A stretch of 64,000 bases of DNA, from positions 35,717 to 99,716 of the forward strand of contig JAEOTA010000056.1 of assembly GCA_016840085.1 (NCBI GenBank). Reading direction: 5' to 3'. This document shows positions 30,952 through 41,173 of the stretch, piece by piece. The position numbers were made by a program, and so were the translations under genes. How positions within the stretch are numbered: the stretch's first letter is position 1; every line of letters starts with the position of its first letter. The notes under the pieces were generated by a model that saw only the letters and a program-made list of their open reading frames with translations, did no database searches and was not told the origin of the DNA. This DNA is from Promethearchaeota archaeon. Lineage in GTDB: Archaea; Asgardarchaeota; Lokiarchaeia; Sigyniarchaeales; SOKP01.

Positions 30952-31149
30952 ATGATTCCAAGATCAACTTTAGAAAAACTAAAAGGAGAAAAAATTAGAT
31001 TTTTCATAAAAGATTTACCAGATCCTCACTGTATTCAATGTGGAAGAATTGAAGAAGTAACAGAACATCTTGTATTAATTAAAGATGAGGCCCATGATCA
31101 ACTAATTTACATACCTATTGAGAAGATAATGTTAATTAAAACAACATAA
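30952..31149 (+). CDS. Small Sm/Hfq-like fold protein
   Basis: Helix then beta strands: G.IEEV.EHLVLI...IYIPIEKI. Confidence 0.55.
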   Translation: MIPRSTLEKLKGEKIRFFIKDLPDPHCIQCGRIEEVTEHLVLIKDEAHDQLIYIPIEKIMLIKTT

Positions 31150-31216
31150 AATTACAGGTTATCCTCTAATTTGAAAATTCGGTTATTAATTACATATAAT
31201 CAATTTAGTAAATCTT

Positions 31217-31612
31217 ATGAATGACATATTAGAAGTTAAATTCATATCAGCAAAAAAAGGGAAAGGAGTATTTGCTAATAAGGATATCAGAAAGGATACG
31301 ATCATTGATGTTGCACACGTTATTCCTTTACCAAACAAGGATTATAAAAGAATATTTAAAACTATTTTATATAATTATTGTTATATATGGGAAGATCCTA
31401 AGCACAATCCAGAATATAAAAATGCTATTTCCTTAAGTGTTAGTCAATTTATAAATCATTCTTATAATCCAAATGTTAGATATATTTATGATTACGATAA
31501 TAATTGTATTGAATTTGAAACATTACGAGATATTTCTAAAGGGGAAGAAATGTTAGTCAACTATAATGGTTTAGTTGATGATAAAAGTCCAGTTTGGTTT
31601 GAAATCGAATAG
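31217..31612 (+). CDS. SET-domain protein (stand-alone lysine methyltransferase type)
   Basis: KGKGVFA, FINHSYNPN, LRDISKGEEMLVNY. Confidence 0.92.
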   Translation: MNDILEVKFISAKKGKGVFANKDIRKDTIIDVAHVIPLPNKDYKRIFKTILYNYCYIWEDPKHNPEYKNAISLSVSQFINHSYNPNVRYIYDYDNNCIEFETLRDISKGEEMLVNYNGLVDDKSPVWFEIE

Positions 31613-31613
31613 T

Positions 31614-32483
31614 TCATTTTTTCCTTAAAGATTTAAGAGTGGTTAAATTCATAATGTCTTCCTTCATATCCTTGCCCTTGGGTGTTTCCAAAATGCCTGG
31701 CATATCTTTAAATCTTTCATCATTAATAAAAAACCCAAAGGGTTCTTTTCCAATTTTGCCTTGACCGATGTGTGTATGTCTATCAACTCTTGATCCACAC
31801 TCTTTATCAGTATCATTTAAATGAAATGCATATAAATATTTTAAACCAATTTCACCATCAAATTCATCCCACATTTCATTATATTTTTTTCTAGTAGTAA
31901 AATCATATCCTGCCGCAAAAGAATGGGCTGTATCAAAACAAATTCCGATCCGATTTTTTTTTTGTATTTTGTCTATTATAGTTTTAAAATGGTGAAATTT
32001 ATTACCTAAACCTTTACCTTGTCCTGCAGTAGTTTCAAGTAATATTATAACTTTTGATTGTTTCGTTACTTCCATCAGCTTATTTAGTTGTTCAGCGATT
32101 TGAATAAGAGCTTCTTCCTTATTTATTTCTTTTTTATTGCTTATTGGAATGACTCCAGGGTGCATATTTTCGTATTCTATACCTAATTGGTCTACTTTTA
32201 TCAACTCATCAAGCATTGCATTATATGATTTTTCTAATTTCTCTTTATCTATACTTGCGAGGTTTATTAAATAACTATTATGAGATATTACTGGCCAAAT
32301 TTCATCTTTTAACTCTTTCTTTTTGTCTTGAAAATCATCGATTTCTTCTTGTTTTAAAGGTCCAGAGGACCAACCTCGTACATTTCGAACAAATACTTGA
32401 ATTGCTTCGCATCCTAATTCTTTCCCTCTCTCAAAAGCCAAATATTTACTTCCAGATACGCTCATGTGGGCTCCAATTCTCAT
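31614..32483 (-). CDS. nfo: Endonuclease IV
   Basis: IGAHMS, HNSYLINLA, LLETTAGQG, CFDTAH, HLND, DRHTHIG, ILETP. Confidence 0.95.
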   Translation of the reverse strand: MRIGAHMSVSGSKYLAFERGKELGCEAIQVFVRNVRGWSSGPLKQEEIDDFQDKKKELKDEIWPVISHNSYLINLASIDKEKLEKSYNAMLDELIKVDQLGIEYENMHPGVIPISNKKEINKEEALIQIAEQLNKLMEVTKQSKVIILLETTAGQGKGLGNKFHHFKTIIDKIQKKNRIGICFDTAHSFAAGYDFTTRKKYNEMWDEFDGEIGLKYLYAFHLNDTDKECGSRVDRHTHIGQGKIGKEPFGFFINDERFKDMPGILETPKGKDMKEDIMNLTTLKSLRKK

Positions 32484-32583
32484 TTCAAATCACTTTTAAA
32501 TAATTGTTTTTTAAAATCATATTCTAAAACAAAATCTTTTTCAAATTTTCATAATATAAATAATATAATTTTTTTAAATTTCA

Positions 32584-33156
32584 ATGGTTAAAAAATATAT
32601 GGGAATTCTTGCTAAACGAGAAATGTTTTTTCGTTTCATTGGAGCAAGTATATTTCTATTAGGATTAATAATTTCAATAACTCTTGATATATATCTAAGA
32701 AAAGCATTATTATCCTCTATTGCACTTATCTTAATAATCTTGTTCTTATTTTCGTTTATATTATGCTTGAAATTTGAGTTAAGGTTTATTCGGGAGAATT
32801 ATACAATAAGTTCAATAAGTATAGTTATATGTTTAATTATACTCATGACAATTGGATTTATCGATAGTTTTTTAAAATCACGGGACTTAGTATTTTTATT
32901 CATTTCAAGCTCTAATATCCTAATTATTATAAGTTGGCATTACTCTTTGGCTTTATATAAAAAGAAGAAATTGATTTCTATAGTGGGATATATCCTATAT
33001 AGCACTATAACCACTTTTTTAAGAGTGAGAAAATATTATTCCCAATCTGGGTTAATTTTAAGCTTTTTACCACTTATTTTGATAACTTGTGGAGTGTTAA
33101 TTATTTTAATTACAGAAATAAGAATGAAAAGAAAGGGTTTATTGAATTATTTATAA
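32584..33156 (+). CDS. Hypothetical membrane protein
   Basis: About six hydrophobic segments. Confidence 0.6.
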   Translation: MVKKYMGILAKREMFFRFIGASIFLLGLIISITLDIYLRKALLSSIALILIILFLFSFILCLKFELRFIRENYTISSISIVICLIILMTIGFIDSFLKSRDLVFLFISSSNILIIISWHYSLALYKKKKLISIVGYILYSTITTFLRVRKYYSQSGLILSFLPLILITCGVLIILITEIRMKRKGLLNYL

Positions 33157-33242
33157 CTAAATTTATCCCACACTTTACGCGGCTTTTTCCAATTGTAATT
33201 CACTGTAAGTTGGTTTAGAATTTTTTAATTATTAATTAAATA

Positions 33243-34958
33243 TTAATCCATTTTTTTCCAAAAATTTTGCAAATCTTCTTTGGTAAATGTAAATTTCAAG
33301 CCAGTGGGTTCTGAAGGCTCTGTTCTAAAAAATTCAGGTAAATTATTCATAGTTTGACTAATTCCTGCTTTTTCGTTAAATTCTAATTCATTTTTTATGA
33401 TATTTTTTCCAATACTAATTACATCTTTTCTACTCAATTCGATTCCATACATGGCATTTAAAGCACTTGCTACTAATTCCATGTTTTCCCAACTTGGTCC
33501 TATAAAATAACAACATCCCATAGAGTCTAAAACTGCTGTATAAATTTGCAACTCATAAGATAGTTCAAGTTTTCCTTTATTTTCAGTGAGTTCACCATAA
33601 TCTTTTGTTTGACTTGCTACTCTTCCTGCAATAGCAGCACCTGAAGTATGATCTGCTCCCATGGGGGAAGTAGCATATGTTACACTCATGGCTTTAAATA
33701 CTCTTGGATCATAACCAGAGATTCCTTGACCTTTAACATGTGGGATTCGTTCAAAGTTAATTTCTCTTCCAAGGTGATAAACGCCATTTCCATAAAGTTT
33801 GCCGATTTGGGAACCGTTCTTAATTTCTTCTAATATTTCAAACACTTTCTCAGCATCTCCCCACGCAATTTTACCCGCATCCATTGCAACACTCATAGTG
33901 ACGCCAAATTCAATTGTGTCAATGCCGTTATCATCACAAAAGTGGTCTATTCTTGCAATTTTATCAAGATCATCAATCAATAAGAGAGACCCATTAGCAA
34001 ATATAGTTTCATATTCAAGACTAGAAGTAATATGTTTACCATTTTCATCAACAACTAAATTTGAGCATTTTATAACACATGTAGGAGAACATGGTAATCT
34101 TTTTTTACCACCTCGTTCTGTAACCATTTCATGAAGTTTCTCTCCTGAGATCTCCATTGCTTTATCATATGAACCCATTCTAAAATTCTTTGTAGGCAAA
34201 CCTCCATATGTGCTCATTGCTCTCACCATTAAGGAAGTCCCATAAATAGAAAAAGTTTCTCTTGATTTTGCTAAACTTTTAGCAAATGGTTTTGATATTT
34301 CTCTAAATTTTTTAATATCATAAATTTTAACTTTTGAGCTCCTAGTAGGAAATACTATAATTGCCTTAATCCTTTTTGAACCCATTACCGCACCTAAACC
34401 ACCTCGAGCAGCATGACGACTTGGATATCCTTCTAAATCGTTAGTAGCAATACTCGCTGCTTTCATCATATACTCCCCTGCAGGGCCTATAGAATAAATT
34501 CCTATTTTATCCCCAAATCTTGCTCTTAATTTAGAATGGAGTTCATAATTCCCTAACCCTCGATAGATATCTGCAGATTCAAATTTAATACCTTCTTGAT
34601 CAACTAAAATTATCTTTAATTTAGATGATTTTCTTGTTAATATTAATGCTCTTATACCCAAAGATGCAAGGATCATTGCAGGACGACCACCAACATTTGC
34701 TTCTTTTATTCCATTAGTTAATGGACTTTTAGCGCCAATTGAGGTACGAGCTGAACAAGGAAACGGACTCCCAGTTAATAAACCGTTACCAATAATTAAA
34801 ATATTTTCTATACCTAGAGGATCACACATGGGAGGAACCTCGTTATGAATAATATGAGAACTTAGACCTCTACCCCCAAGTAAGAAGTATTTTGAATCAG
34901 GAGTTATTTCTTCAAATTGAATCTCTTCATTCTCGACATTTATTCTTGCGATTTTCAT
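33243..34958 (-). CDS. aor: Aldehyde:ferredoxin oxidoreductase family (W-pterin)
   Basis: AKSPLT, IGPAGE, ARGGLGAVMGSK, CSPTCVIKC, EYET, GIDTI, YDPR, GADH. Confidence 0.92.
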   Translation of the reverse strand: MKIARINVENEEIQFEEITPDSKYFLLGGRGLSSHIIHNEVPPMCDPLGIENILIIGNGLLTGSPFPCSARTSIGAKSPLTNGIKEANVGGRPAMILASLGIRALILTRKSSKLKIILVDQEGIKFESADIYRGLGNYELHSKLRARFGDKIGIYSIGPAGEYMMKAASIATNDLEGYPSRHAARGGLGAVMGSKRIKAIIVFPTRSSKVKIYDIKKFREISKPFAKSLAKSRETFSIYGTSLMVRAMSTYGGLPTKNFRMGSYDKAMEISGEKLHEMVTERGGKKRLPCSPTCVIKCSNLVVDENGKHITSSLEYETIFANGSLLLIDDLDKIARIDHFCDDNGIDTIEFGVTMSVAMDAGKIAWGDAEKVFEILEEIKNGSQIGKLYGNGVYHLGREINFERIPHVKGQGISGYDPRVFKAMSVTYATSPMGADHTSGAAIAGRVASQTKDYGELTENKGKLELSYELQIYTAVLDSMGCCYFIGPSWENMELVASALNAMYGIELSRKDVISIGKNIIKNELEFNEKAGISQTMNNLPEFFRTEPSEPTGLKFTFTKEDLQNFWKKMD

Positions 34959-35012
34959 AATTTATCATTAATAGATGAAAATATTTTATCTTCTCTTTTA
35001 TTTCTTTTATTT

Positions 35013-35192
35013 ATGGATGAAATTGATCTTAAAATTATTCTACTTTTAATGAATAATTCAAGATTAACATATAGAGAGATTTCAGATTATTTAGGATTAT
35101 CTGTTAATGCTTTATATAAAAGAGTTCAAGGATTTTTTGTGAAAACAAATATCTCTATTTTTTTATTTCTATTTAATAATTATTTATTCTAA
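35013..35192 (+). pseudogene. Truncated Lrp/AsnC-type HTH regulator
   Basis: MDEIDLKIILLLMNNSRLTYREISDYLGLSVNALYKRVQ, then an abrupt low-complexity AT-rich tail. Confidence 0.75.
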
Positions 35193-35479
35193 AGTTCTTA
35201 TTAGCGTAGTTTGTATTTTATAATATTAATCAAAAACTTTTTTCATTTTTTTTATTCATTTCTAATTATTTAATAACTTCTTTAGCTTTTATAAAATATT
35301 TTTTAAAAATAATTTGTCTGCTTTTAATTATTAATTAAACATTTTCAAATTCGACAAAAACATTTATATATACAACTATGATCATATTTTTTATATCAAC
35401 CTATTATTAAATAACGAATAATATGTGTTTATGATATTATTTCTTTATTTCTTCTCAATTTAGTATTATGTGATCGACT

Positions 35480-36406
35480 ATGAATGAACAGTATCGTTCT
35501 CTTTTGAAAAATAACAAAATAGATGAAAATACAACATCTCGCGCTAGCTGCTGTGATAATCCATTCGTAGAATCTCGAGATGGAAATAAGGTTTGTCTCA
35601 ATTGTGGGGTAATTTTTGAAAGGACATTTGTCGGAAATGAAAGAAGAGCCTATACCATAGAGGAAATCCAGAACCGTAGAAGAACTGAACCCCGGTGGAG
35701 AGATTTTGGGCCTAGAACAATGCTGCCAAACACGAAGACGGACAGTAAAGGCAAATCAATTGGAGCAAAGGAGCAAGCACTTTTTTCTCGTCTTTCTAAA
35801 ATTCAAAATTCCTTAATTTCAAGCATAGAAAGAAATTTCTGGGAAGCAAAACCCAAGTTAAAAATGCTTACTTCTAAATTAAACATCCCTGAATATATTG
35901 CAGAAACAGCATGGAAAATATATAGTATTGTGGCGAAAAAGAAATTAACAATGGGAAGGTCAATTAATGGTTTTATTTCAGGTTCATTATATGCTGCTAT
36001 ACGTGTTCATGATTTTCCACGATTATTAGATGAAGTATGCGAAGCGTCTTTAACACCAAGGAGAACAGTTCATAGAAGCTTGGCTATGATAATTAGAGAA
36101 GTTTTACCCGAATTAAAATTAAGATATCAACCAATCACCGCAGAGAGTTTAGTTTTTCGTTTTGGAAATGAGTTAGAATTACCAATTGCAATACAAAAGA
36201 ATGCAATCAATATGTTAAAAAATGCTTCGAAGAATGGGTTAAAAAGGACAGGGAAAGATCCAAAGGGTTTGGCAGCAGCGTGTATTTATATTGCGGCTAA
36301 GAAAGGTTGTATTCGAAAAACACAATCTAATGTAGCAGATGTGGCTAAAATTACTGAAGTTACCTTAAGATCTCGAGCTAAACAAATAAAAAGCAAATTA
36401 TCATAA
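35480..36406 (+). CDS. tfb: Transcription initiation factor IIB (TFB)
   Basis: Zn ribbon CC...CLNCG; cyclin repeats GRSING and GKDPKGLAAACIYIA; TQSNVADVAKITEVTLR. Confidence 0.93.
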   Translation: MNEQYRSLLKNNKIDENTTSRASCCDNPFVESRDGNKVCLNCGVIFERTFVGNERRAYTIEEIQNRRRTEPRWRDFGPRTMLPNTKTDSKGKSIGAKEQALFSRLSKIQNSLISSIERNFWEAKPKLKMLTSKLNIPEYIAETAWKIYSIVAKKKLTMGRSINGFISGSLYAAIRVHDFPRLLDEVCEASLTPRRTVHRSLAMIIREVLPELKLRYQPITAESLVFRFGNELELPIAIQKNAINMLKNASKNGLKRTGKDPKGLAAACIYIAAKKGCIRKTQSNVADVAKITEVTLRSRAKQIKSKLS

Positions 36407-36433
36407 AAAAATAATTTTAAATTTATTATTTCT

Positions 36434-37009
36434 TTATTCTTTTGATGTTTTTTCTTCTTCTAATAGCAGTATCCATTTAACCCCAAGCGCAGTAATAACT
36501 AATCCTGAGATTAAAATATAACAATTTAATGAAATAAAATAAATCCAAAACACTGCCGGCATAAATGATGTAATATCAAAATCATACAAAGCAGTTTGAA
36601 ATCTGATTGGTTCTGTTAATGTAGTAATTCTTATTTTACCTAACAAAACCAAATAATTCATTTTAACAAAACCACCTAATAATATTATCATTCCTATAAC
36701 AATCATTAATTTTGCTAAAGGGATAGTCTCTAATTTTTTTTCTTGACCGATTTTGAAGATTATTAATTCAAAAATTAGATAGGTAATAACAGAAACATTT
36801 ACTAATAACCATAATAATGTTCCTGAAAGTGGTATTATATTAGATGAATAAATAAATTCTGCTAAAAGTATTGAATTATTATCAATATTAAATTCTGTAA
36901 AATTTAGTATTATAATAAAAATAAATTCTAAAATCGACAGAATGATACTTAATAAGCCAAATATTTTAAGAAATTTATTAACTTTTTCATAATCCATATG
37001 TTTGTTCAC
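36434..37009 (-). CDS. Hypothetical membrane protein
   Basis: About four hydrophobic segments. Confidence 0.6.
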   Translation of the reverse strand: MNKHMDYEKVNKFLKIFGLLSIILSILEFIFIIILNFTEFNIDNNSILLAEFIYSSNIIPLSGTLLWLLVNVSVITYLIFELIIFKIGQEKKLETIPLAKLMIVIGMIILLGGFVKMNYLVLLGKIRITTLTEPIRFQTALYDFDITSFMPAVFWIYFISLNCYILISGLVITALGVKWILLLEEEKTSKE

Positions 37010-37156
37010 TTCTTTTCTTAAAAAGGTAAGAAAAATTTTTTATTTCATTATTTTTTTACTTATTATTGTTTTTGAAATTTTTTAAAAATTTTTAATATTA
37101 TTGTTTTTAATGAAAATCTAATTTATAATAAATAATAGATAACGATTGATTTATTA

Positions 37157-38119
37157 GTGAAAAAAAACGAGAAAACTAAGCCAGAAATCTCACTTTGTCC
37201 TCATAAGAATGTAAAACAAGAGGGAGGACATATAGTTTGCCATGATTGTGGTTTAATTTTGGAAGAAAAAGCTTTTTATAAAGCAATACCTCGAAGTGAA
37301 TTCTATACAGATTCCCAGAGGGATTATGAAAGAAGAATAAAAATGAGCGATTCAAAAGCTCTGCAAGATCCTAAAATAAGAGAAAAATATGAAAGAATTA
37401 AGACACTTGAGAAGTGGTTCCGGGATTATCAATCAGACTTCTCAGAGCAAAAGAAAACAATCGAATTACTAAAAAGTCATGGAATAGGATTAAATATTGA
37501 TACCGTAAAATATCAAACAATAAAAGATCGGTATCTTCGATTTAACAAATATCATAGACACACATATCAAAACATGGTTATTATCTTTTTAGCTATTGTT
37601 TGGATGGAGATTAAAGATACAACAAATATCCGACTAGAAGAATTCATCAAGGTTTCAAGAGAGCTAGCACATAAGATTAATAAAAAAATGTTGTATAATG
37701 CGATGTTAAAAATAAAAAGAACAGAGAAGATGTTAAAAGATAAGAAAGATACAATGGATTTGGAAAAAGAAATCAAAGCTCGAATAAAAATTGTATTTCA
37801 AAAAGATTTAAATAGTATTCCATTTGAAGCGGTTAAAAATTCTGTTTTAAATAAAGAAGAATTTGTAAAATTAAAGATCAAAATGCAACTTTTAGCCGAC
37901 AAAATACTAAATAAAATTTCCTATTATCAAATTCAGAATTTTAATTATAAAGCATTTACAGCAGGGTTAATCTATTATATAGGACAAACTTTAGATAATA
38001 GAAAGATATTTACACAAAACCTTATCGAAAAATATAGTAAATTCTCAAGTACTACAATTAGAAAGAAATATCACACCTTAAAAGAGATTTTAGGTGAACC
38101 TGAAATCTTCACACTCTAG
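37157..38119 (+). CDS. Divergent TFB-like protein
   Basis: CPH...VCHDCGLIL Zn ribbon; C-terminal FTAGLIYY...FTQ..I...SSTTIRKKY cyclin/HTH end. Confidence 0.75.
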   Translation: MKKNEKTKPEISLCPHKNVKQEGGHIVCHDCGLILEEKAFYKAIPRSEFYTDSQRDYERRIKMSDSKALQDPKIREKYERIKTLEKWFRDYQSDFSEQKKTIELLKSHGIGLNIDTVKYQTIKDRYLRFNKYHRHTYQNMVIIFLAIVWMEIKDTTNIRLEEFIKVSRELAHKINKKMLYNAMLKIKRTEKMLKDKKDTMDLEKEIKARIKIVFQKDLNSIPFEAVKNSVLNKEEFVKLKIKMQLLADKILNKISYYQIQNFNYKAFTAGLIYYIGQTLDNRKIFTQNLIEKYSKFSSTTIRKKYHTLKEILGEPEIFTL

Positions 38120-38216
38120 TTTTATTTGATATTTAGAGTTTTTTTTAGGTAATTATTAACACTTAAAAAGCTTTAGATCTATATAATTAATTATTAATTA
38201 TGTTTACAATTCAATA

Positions 38217-41093
38217 ATGAAATCTATGGCAGTCCACATAACTACAGATAACACATACTATTCTCAACCGATTGATGTATTGATAGAGTTTTTTAAAACC
38301 GATCAAGACCACGGATTGAATTCTTATGAATTAAATGAAAGATATCGAAATTCTGGATACAATGAGTTACCTAAAATTAAAAAATCGATTTGGAAGATAT
38401 ATCTTGCCCCTATTTTTAATTTTTTAATTGTAATTCTTATTATAACTAGCATAGTTATTTCTATTTTAGGATCTCCAGAAGAGACCGTTATAATTTTTGT
38501 AGTTATTATAATTAATTCTGCTACTGTTGTTATTCAGCAATATAGAGCACAAAAGGCTTTAGAGTCTTTAAGACAAATTGCTGCATTAAAAGCTAAAGTA
38601 TTAAGAGATGGAGAACAAAAAGAAATATCTAATAGAGAATTAGTTCCGGGAGATATTGTTATATTGGAACAAGGTGATAAGATTCCTGCCGATGGTAGGA
38701 TCATTAATTCTGTTAATCTAACTGTTGATGAGGCTCCATTAACAGGTGAAAGTGAGCCAGTAGAAAAAATAAATAAAACCTTAGAAAAAAATGATATTCA
38801 TCTTCAAGAACAAACTAATATGGTATTTATGGGTACATATATCCATACTGGACGGGCTAAATCATTAATCACAGGTACAGGTGTAAACACAGAGATAGGA
38901 AAAATCTCAGTTACTCTAAATGAAATGGGTAGTATTGAAGATATTCCACTAACAAAAAAATTAAATCGTTTAGGATTTATTTTAGGAACGATTGTCATAA
39001 TAAATTTAATTATTTTAATTGCTTATAAGCTTAACATCTTAATTCTTGAAGAAAATTTTATTAAATCTGAAATAATTGATGCTTTAGTTAGTTCTATTCT
39101 AAGAGCTACTACTGTTATACCATTTAATTTACCTTTATTATCAACATTAGTTTTATTGACAGGAATTCTTGAGATGGCACAGAGTGGGGTAATTATAAAA
39201 AATTTGTCAGCTATAGAATCTCTTGGTCGTGTATCCGTTATTTGTTCCGATAAAACAGGAACTATAACGAAAAATGAGATGGCTGTGGAAAATATTTGGA
39301 TAAATAATGAGGAATATAATGTCAGTGGTTCTGGGTACGATGCAGATGGAGTAATATCCAAGGACGATCATGTAGTTATCTTAAATGACAATCCTACTTT
39401 CCAAAAATTCATTGATTCTATAGTTCTGAACAATAATGCTAAACTTATCTATGAAGATGTTAAAATAAAGGCTAGAGATAGAAAAGAAATAGCAGTAAGA
39501 CGATCATTGGGTTCTCCTACAGAGGCAGCATTACTAGTATTAGCAGAAAAAGCTGGTTATATTATCTATGATATTAAAAAAAGATATGATTTAATTACTG
39601 AATTTTCTTTTAGTTCTGAATTAAAACGTATGAGTTCAGTATATTTATTTAAAGAAAAGGAAGAGGTAATTTTTGTGTATACAAAAGGAGCCCCTGAGAG
39701 AATTATTGATATATCCTCTCAAATGGAAATAAATGGTGATATCAAACCTTTTAATAAAGATTTGAAAGATGAGATTACAGAAAAAATCAAGAATCGTGCA
39801 GTCCAAGGATATAGAACATTAGCCATTGCTTATAAACACTTTAATAACGTTAACACTCCTAATAGAGAAGAAATTGAAAGTAATTTAATTTTTTTAGGAT
39901 TTGTATCAATTATGGATCCACCCCGAATTGGTGTCGAAAAATCCGTTGAAGAATGTAAGGCTGGTAATATAAAAGTTATTATGATAACGGGTGATCATCC
40001 CGCTACAGCAAAAACAATTGCTACTCAAATGGGTATTTATAAGGAAGGAGATATTGTAGCAGAAGGTAATCAAATAAAGGATCTGAAACCAAATGATTTT
40101 AATAAAGTATCTGTATTTGCTCGTGTAGAACCTTCTGATAAAGAAATTATTGTCGAAAATTATCAAAGTGAGAACCATGTTGTGGCTATGACAGGAGACG
40201 GAATTAACGATGCTCTTGCTCTAAAATTAGCTAATGCAGGTATAGCAATGGGAATAACAGGAACTGATGTAGCTAAGGAAACTGCCGATATGGTTATTTC
40301 AGATGATGATTTTACTTCAATCGAAAAGGGAGTTAGAATAGGACGAGGTATTTTTTCTAAAATTAGAACAATAATCTATTTTTTTATATGTTTGAATATA
40401 GTGGAGGCAATTATATTTTTTGGATATGAATTTTTACCTACATTTGAGCTATTTAGTTCAGAATGGCAACATATTTATATTTTCGGCATTGTTCATTCTC
40501 TTCCTTCTTTAGCATTAGTACTTGACACGCGTCCTAAAGATATTATGCATGAATATCCTAGAGACGAGGAGGAATTATTAAATAAAAATATTTGGATTCT
40601 ATTATTAATACAAGCTTTTCTAATGGGATTAGGTTTAGTATTGGCATTGCAATTAACAATAGGTGGGTTGATTCCCTTGAATGAATGGAATTTAAATCCG
40701 CACATTAGTTATATTATTCCAGATTCTACAACTGAAGAATTAATTGCTCAAAAAGCTAGAACAATGTTCATAACTACTTTATACATTATTGAGACAAATT
40801 TTATTTGGTCTATTAGAAGGCCTAATAAATCAATTATTAAGAGCTTAAAAGAGGAATTAAGTTTTACTATCTTAGTTGTAACTCTATTTACATTAGGACT
40901 CCATATAATGCATATTTGTTTTTCCTTTGTTGTAAATTACTATATTAATGATGTTAGTGGTTTAAATTTCCAGATAAATTTCATGTTTCTTAGCGGTACA
41001 GATTGGTTAATTTGTATACTTCTTGCTATACCAGGAATAATAGGAATTGAATTTGTAAAATATTTAGCTAGAATCAGAAATATAAGATTTTAA
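38217..41093 (+). CDS. P-type ATPase (P2-like scaffold, atypical TM motifs)
   Basis: LTGES, CSDKTGT, KGAPE, DPPR, MITGD, TGDGIND; TM4 reads IPFNLP. Confidence 0.95.
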   Translation: MKSMAVHITTDNTYYSQPIDVLIEFFKTDQDHGLNSYELNERYRNSGYNELPKIKKSIWKIYLAPIFNFLIVILIITSIVISILGSPEETVIIFVVIIINSATVVIQQYRAQKALESLRQIAALKAKVLRDGEQKEISNRELVPGDIVILEQGDKIPADGRIINSVNLTVDEAPLTGESEPVEKINKTLEKNDIHLQEQTNMVFMGTYIHTGRAKSLITGTGVNTEIGKISVTLNEMGSIEDIPLTKKLNRLGFILGTIVIINLIILIAYKLNILILEENFIKSEIIDALVSSILRATTVIPFNLPLLSTLVLLTGILEMAQSGVIIKNLSAIESLGRVSVICSDKTGTITKNEMAVENIWINNEEYNVSGSGYDADGVISKDDHVVILNDNPTFQKFIDSIVLNNNAKLIYEDVKIKARDRKEIAVRRSLGSPTEAALLVLAEKAGYIIYDIKKRYDLITEFSFSSELKRMSSVYLFKEKEEVIFVYTKGAPERIIDISSQMEINGDIKPFNKDLKDEITEKIKNRAVQGYRTLAIAYKHFNNVNTPNREEIESNLIFLGFVSIMDPPRIGVEKSVEECKAGNIKVIMITGDHPATAKTIATQMGIYKEGDIVAEGNQIKDLKPNDFNKVSVFARVEPSDKEIIVENYQSENHVVAMTGDGINDALALKLANAGIAMGITGTDVAKETADMVISDDDFTSIEKGVRIGRGIFSKIRTIIYFFICLNIVEAIIFFGYEFLPTFELFSSEWQHIYIFGIVHSLPSLALVLDTRPKDIMHEYPRDEEELLNKNIWILLLIQAFLMGLGLVLALQLTIGGLIPLNEWNLNPHISYIIPDSTTEELIAQKARTMFITTLYIIETNFIWSIRRPNKSIIKSLKEELSFTILVVTLFTLGLHIMHICFSFVVNYYINDVSGLNFQINFMFLSGTDWLICILLAIPGIIGIEFVKYLARIRNIRF

Positions 41094-41173
41094 TCATATT
41101 CACATACTTTAAGAATTTTAGAAATTTTTTAACCGACTTGAGAAAATGTTATATATAAAATTTAAAACTCAAT

